Assembly: GCA_965240325.2 (NCBI GenBank)
Contig: OZ251222.1
Span: 4,898,001 to 4,962,000 of the forward strand
DNA length: 64,000 nucleotides
Direction: 5' to 3'
DNA from: Rebecca billardiae RCC1528
Lineage: Eukaryota > Protista > Haptophyta
Program-made: the position numbers and the translations under genes
Notes under the pieces: generated by a model
What the model saw: only the letters and a program-made list of their open reading frames with translations
What the model was told of the DNA's origin: nothing
Database searches by the model: none
Shown: positions 59,776 to 64,000 of the stretch, piece by piece
Numbering within the stretch: position 1 is the stretch's first letter
Layout of the letters: each line of letters starts with the position of its first letter

Positions 59776-61646
59776 GCGAGGCCGCGCGCGACGTGAGCGC
59801 GCTCCCCGCCCTGGAGCCGGCCGAGCGCGCCTCGTACGGCGCAAGCCTCGGGCCCGCACCCGCACCGGCTGCGGGCGCGGGCGCGGGCGCGGGCGTGGAC
59901 GTGCTCGTGGTGCGGGATGGGCCGCCCGCCGCGCAGGACGACGACGCGCTGGCGGATGCGGCGGTGCAGACGTCTCCCGACCAGCGCGCGAGGTCGGGCC
60001 CCACGCCCTCCGCCGCGGCGCGCGTGCCGAGCACAGCCGACGGCGCGACGTCGCCGCGCGCGCCCGGCGGCGCGCCGCGCGCCCTGTCGCGCGCGAGCAG
60101 CCTGGCCTCGTCGCTGCTCAGCCCGCGCGCGCGCCCGCCCAGGATCGAGCCGGAGGGGTCGGAGGAGGCGGAGGGCGAGACGGCCGCCGACGCGTCCGCG
60201 CTTGGCGCGCCCGCGCCGGCCGACGAAGAGCGCGGCGCGGGCGGCGCGCCGAGCGCGGCCGCGGCCGGCGGCGCCGCGCCTTCGCGCGCGCGCTCAAAGG
60301 GCGCCGCTCTGCGTGCCGTGATGGCGGCGCTCTACCCGTCCAGCGACGAGAGCGAGGAGGAGGGGGAGGGCGAGGAGGAGGGCGCGGCGCCCGCGCGCGC
60401 GTCCGCCGGGAGCGCCGGCGCGCGGACCGACGAGAGGCCCGAGGACGGCAGCGGCGCGCAGCCAGCGCGCGCGCCGCCCGGCGCGCAGAGCCCGCCGCCT
60501 GCGGCCGACTCTCTGCGCGCGTCGGAGTGGGGCCAGTGGCGGCGGCACCGCACCAGCCCGGGCGCGATCGCGCGGCGCGCGCCGCACGCGACGACGGTGC
60601 GCGTGCCCATGCGCCCGCCCGTGCCGCGCGCCTCCGCCGTGCCGATCGAGCCCGAGGGCGAGAGCTGGGCCGACGCGGCGGCGGGGTGCGGCGCGCTGCC
60701 CTCGCCCTCAGCGCACGTCGCCGCCGCGATGCGCGCCGCGGCGCGCGCGCCGCGGCCGCCGAGCGCGCCGGCCATGCCCGGCGTGCGCGCAGCGTCGAGC
60801 GCGCCGCGGCTCGGCGCGGGGCTCGGCTCCGGCGCCATGTCCGCGCGGCCGAGCCGCGCCGCGCGCCCCGGGCAGGTGGTGCCTCTCTCGACGCAGCCGC
60901 TGATCCGGCCGAGCGCGCGCGCCTCGCGCGTGGCGAGCGCGCTGCAGCTCGCGGCCGAGGAGACGCGCGGGCTGCCCGGCGCGTGGGCGGGCACGCCGCC
61001 GCCGATGTCCGCCGCGGCGGGCGCGGCGCCGATCACGCTCAGCCCACCGCAGCAGCTGCCGCGCGTGATCAGCCGCGCCGGCCCGCGCGTCGAGCTCGGC
61101 AGCGGCGGCGGCGTCGCCATCGGCGTGGACGGCAGCCCGGCCGCGACGCTGCCCGCCGCCGTGCGCGTGCGCGTGCCGATGCGCCACGTGCCGATGCGCC
61201 CGCCCAGCTCGGGCCCGCGCCGGGCGGCGGTGCCCATCACGCCCACCTCGCCACACGACGAGGCGCGCGCGGCCGGCGGCTCGCTGCCGCCCGCGCACGC
61301 AGGCGCCGCCGGCGCGTCCGTGCCTCGGCTGGACCTGCGGCCCTCGCAGCGCGCCGTGCTCGCGCAGGGCGCCGTGCAGCGCATCGCCGTGTACGGCGCG
61401 CGGCAGTACGACTCGCTGCCCTCGCTCTCGAGCGGCGGGGCCGTGCGTCCGATGGCGGGGCCGCCCGCGCTCGCGAGCGCCGGGCGCGCGCCGCTGCCGC
61501 GCGCGACCTCTGGCCTCGGCGCCGGCGCTGGCGGCAGCAGCCTGCCCCCGGCGCACGACGCGCGCACGGCCCGGAGCGACCCGCAGTCGGGCGGCACGCG
61601 CACCGTCGCCTCGCCGCCCCCAGCCGACGGCGGAAGCGAGCAGTAG
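16063..61646 (+). CDS. Giant (~15,100 aa) predicted type-I membrane, extensin-like (Ser-Pro) protein with TMEM132-like cohesin/Ig region and dockerin. Exons ~16063-58551, 58709-59110, 59250-61646
   Basis: Uninterrupted ORF 15985-58638; the first ATG is at 16063, with alternatives at 16072, 16123 and 16279. Signal-like segment WLALMLGALALAVRRTEA. Phase-0 GT-AG introns 58552-58708 and 59111-59249 join the downstream ORFs. TM helix LLGVLAVSAAVLLCACLGLGCLAAL is followed by ARRKRR. Confidence 0.85.
16327..17589 (+). other. Two homologous Cys-rich extracellular modules (~16327-16782 and ~17191-17589) separated by a Ser-Pro linker
   Basis: Both share TCxxLxxLYG..W.L.S..G...VCGES, A...C....RLCT..E..ADVAAN, C, WT...C and CCAD; loosely C-type-lectin-like. 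Confidence 0.75.
17590..25780 (+). repeat. Coding Ser-Pro repeat block 1 (~2,730 aa), including 327-bp tandem units near 23.6-24.7 kb
   Basis: (SPPP)n translation. The 327-bp period is visible in the repeated shadow ORFs at 23936, 24263 and 24590. Confidence 0.95.
25781..29965 (+). other. Globular core (~1,400 aa): cohesin-like 1 (~26400-26830), TMEM132-like Ig/BIG repeats, cohesin-like 2 (~28845-29200), basic cleavage-like sites, dockerin (~29350-29520), further beta domain
   Basis: Cohesin-like: AGDSFELVMYA...WQINIAYDSSVLSV and GNSLTVPVRVN...NFQIELAIDSAVL. TMEM132-like: PLRVWHP...IRFGHGTLFAIKG...C...FQ...DVT. BIG2-like: SNDTLVAT...GVGAGVALINAT. Dockerin: GDVNGDCALTSFD...LDPTLDNSTGAQDVQYLL. 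Confidence 0.75.
29966..58125 (+). repeat. Coding Ser-Pro repeat block 2 (~9,390 aa) with higher-order units (156-bp submodule; 777/897/993/1089/1245-bp and 825-bp units)
   Basis: Periods measured from the spacing of the RAQPF and RGLPF landmark codons. Confidence 0.95.
58126..58551 (+). other. Membrane-proximal module resembling bacterial surface-protein (SdrD-B/Cna-like) repeats with a DxDxDG loop
   Basis: VFDGYLSGCTVFLDVDGDGAAGPGEPSAVTGADGFFAF...GCVDVDTG...VLSPLSTL. Confidence 0.6.
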
Positions 61647-61840
61647 CAGGCGAGGAGCAGTCGTCGGCTGCCGCTGCCCCCGGGCTCGGTCACGGACGCA
61701 CTGGCTGCTGATGATGATGTCAGCAAGCTGCCGTGCGCTGCTGATGATGATGATCAGTCGACCGCGATGACTGACTGCTATATATACATATATGGGTAGA
61801 TCGACCAAACCGAGCTCAGAACCGGAGTGTACCGAGCTAA

Positions 61841-62007
61841 GCGGATGTACCATGGTACACTTTGCTGGTCGTACATAATTGGTACACTATTGGTACACTA
61901 TTGGTACATGTAAAGATGTACCAAGTGTACCAATACTGTACCAATAGTGTACCAATAGTGTACCAATAGTGTACCAATAGTGTACCAAAGTGTACCAACG
62001 CATCCGC
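61841..62007. repeat. AT-rich palindromic minisatellite built from 11-bp TAGTGTACCAA units in both orientations
   Basis: TTGGTACACTA units on the left and TAGTGTACCAA units on the right, bounded by GCGGATG (61841) and CATCCGC (62001-62007). Confidence 0.85.
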
Positions 62008-62043
62008 CTGACAATGTACCAAATGTCATTGGGTGTACCGCCA

Positions 62044-64000
62044 CACAGTGCCGGAAAACTGCTCAGGGTGACGTTTTAAGTTGTCCGCACCACTAGTCGA
62101 ATCATCGGACAATTCTGAAGCGGTGCGCCTAAATTCGGCGCACCATAGGCGCGTCGAATCGTGGCACAGACCTTGGTAGCAGGCCACACCTGAGCGCGCT
62201 GCGCGCGCCGACGCGCGCTCGGCGCGGGCAAAAAATCATGCGCCGTTGGCATTACGCAGCCCCGCGCAGCGCTGTGCTCGAGCTCGGCGGCGGCGAAAGC
62301 GGGCGGGCGCACACGGCGGTGCCCGTGCGCGCTGCTCCGAGCGCAGCTGCGGCCACCCCGGCGGCATAACGCCGGTCGAGGGCACGAAAACCGATTTTTC
62401 GGGAAAATGCAGAGCAGCGGCGCCCGAGCGCGCCCGAGCTCGTCGCAGCACAGTCTCCTGGTGGCTGCGCCCCGTGAAGCCACGCCACGCGGGGCGCTGG
62501 CGTGCGCGTGGCCTGCGCCCACCGTGCGCTGCCCGATCATGGCCGTCGACCGCTCCGAGCGCCTCACCACGCGTGCTCGAGCCCACCGATACTGACGCCC
62601 GAGCACGGTGCCGGCAGCGCTCGCAGGTGGGCGTCGGAGAAAACACGCCGGCCGAACGAGCTTGAAGCGTCCGCCGCGATGCCAACGGCAGCGGACGACG
62701 TGCGCGCCACCTCGGCGCCAGTCGCCCAGCCCTTGCGCGGCGGTGCGGGCTCGCTCGTTCGCCGCCATCAGCTGCGCGCGCGCAGCCCGATCACTGCCCG
62801 CTGGTTCTGTTGTCGAGCAGCTGCGGCCTGCCACGCGCACTGCCGGACATTGAGCCACAGCGCGAGCACGCGCCTCGTCTGGCACGCGCGAGCACTCAGC
62901 ATCGTGCGTGGCCACCATGACGCGCCCATCTGCGCCAGCAGCGATGAGCACGCCGCCGTTCAGCTCGCATCGGGCTCGCTCGCGACGCAGCAACGCGCGG
63001 CCGTAGCGGCAGCAGCGGCGCCGTCGAGCACGCGCAGCAAACAAATATGCAGCGCGGGCGAGTCGACGGTCTGGAAAATGCGCGATCACGCCACAGCAGG
63101 CTGGCAGAGCCCGCCCGAGCTGCAGCATGCCGTAGGTGCTGCCCCAAGCTCTCGACTGCCCGTAAGCGGCGGCATGTGCGGCGGCGCCGGCGGCGGCCAT
63201 GCTGCCACGCCGTTGCGCGCCGCGGGGCGCCGTCGGCACCTCTGTGGTGAAGCGCACAGAGCTCGAGCCCACGGGGGCTGGCGACCGTCAAACCGACACC
63301 CCATGACGCGGGGCTGCGTGCGCCAGCTGCGCGCACTCCGTGGGCCCACCTAGCCCGCTCGAGCAGCTCGCCTTGGGTGCGCGCAGCGGCTCGAGCACAC
63401 TGGTATGGGACGCCTGCCTGCGGTGCCGCCGAGCACATGCGGCCGACGGTCACTCAGCACGGGCGACTCGACGGCGGCGAGCAGGCGCGACGGCCTCGCC
63501 GCGCCGCGGAAAAGCCTGCCCGGGCTGCAGCACGCCGTAGGAGCAGCCCAGCGCCCTCCTCCGCCCTCCAGCTTCGGCGCGCGCAGCAGGCCCGGCGGCG
63601 GCCATGCTGGCGTGCCCAAGCATGAAGATGGGCGCGGCCGGCCGCGCCGTCGCAAAGCGCGCAGAACTCGAGCTCGGGGGGGCGGACGGCCGCCAAACTG
63701 GCGCGGCAGGACGTGGCACTGCGTGCGCCAGCTACGCGCACCCGCTGCGCCCGCGTGGCCCGTGCGAGCGCCGCGCCTCGAGCACACGCAGCTGCTCGAC
63801 ACAGCCACGGCAGTGTGGCTTGTGCGCGTGCACGTGATCAGTCTCAGCTCTGAGGCGCGCGCTCAGGAGGGCTGCGGCCGGGCCGAGCGCGATCTGCGCG
63901 GACGGTACAGCCTGGCGGCTCATGCCAGCCAGCCCAAAGCCCGCTCCGCCATCCGCGTCATGGCGCTCCAGCCTCTCGCGTGCTGCGCTGCAGCCGCGCT
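62044..64000. mobile_element. Second copy of the CACAGTG element, same orientation, cut off by the window end
   Basis: Constant offset of 53,984 bp from the 8060 copy. Identity begins exactly at CACAGTG, and I saw only two substitutions by eye. Confidence 0.93.

Noticed and set aside
61841-62040. Possible CRISPR array or telomeric repeat
   Set aside because: The units are 11 bp and contiguous with no unique spacers, no cas genes are present, and the repeat is not TTAGGG-like.

Overview
GC-rich, intron-containing eukaryotic DNA. GC-AG introns, intronic microsatellites and a bipartite plastid-targeting leader suggest an alga with a secondary plastid, probably a haptophyte (inference). The left 15 kb holds six recognisable items: HPRT (-), a signal-peptide-bearing RHD3/Sey1-like probable pseudo-GTPase, a membrane-anchored lipoxygenase-like gene with an altered iron ligand, nuclear-encoded plastid rpl18 (-), a small SH3-like gene, and two families of non-autonomous DNA elements. 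One element is 2.63 kb with CACAGTG termini and has a second near-identical copy at 62044. The other is a 1.11-kb foldback element with ~408-bp TIRs and a 7-bp TSD. Most of the window (~16063-61646) is one giant three-exon gene of ~15,100 aa whose first exon is ~42.5 kb. It is predicted to encode a type-I membrane protein in this order: two Cys-rich modules, a ~2,700-aa Ser-Pro rod, a TMEM132-like cohesin/Ig region, an RARR site, a dockerin, a ~9,400-aa hierarchically repeated Ser-Pro rod, a bacterial-like DxDxDG module, a TM helix and a disordered tail. The most notable signal is cohesin and dockerin in one eukaryotic polypeptide, separated by a convertase-type site and carried on a micron-scale polyproline stalk. 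All domain calls are by eye from motifs and need HMM or structure confirmation.
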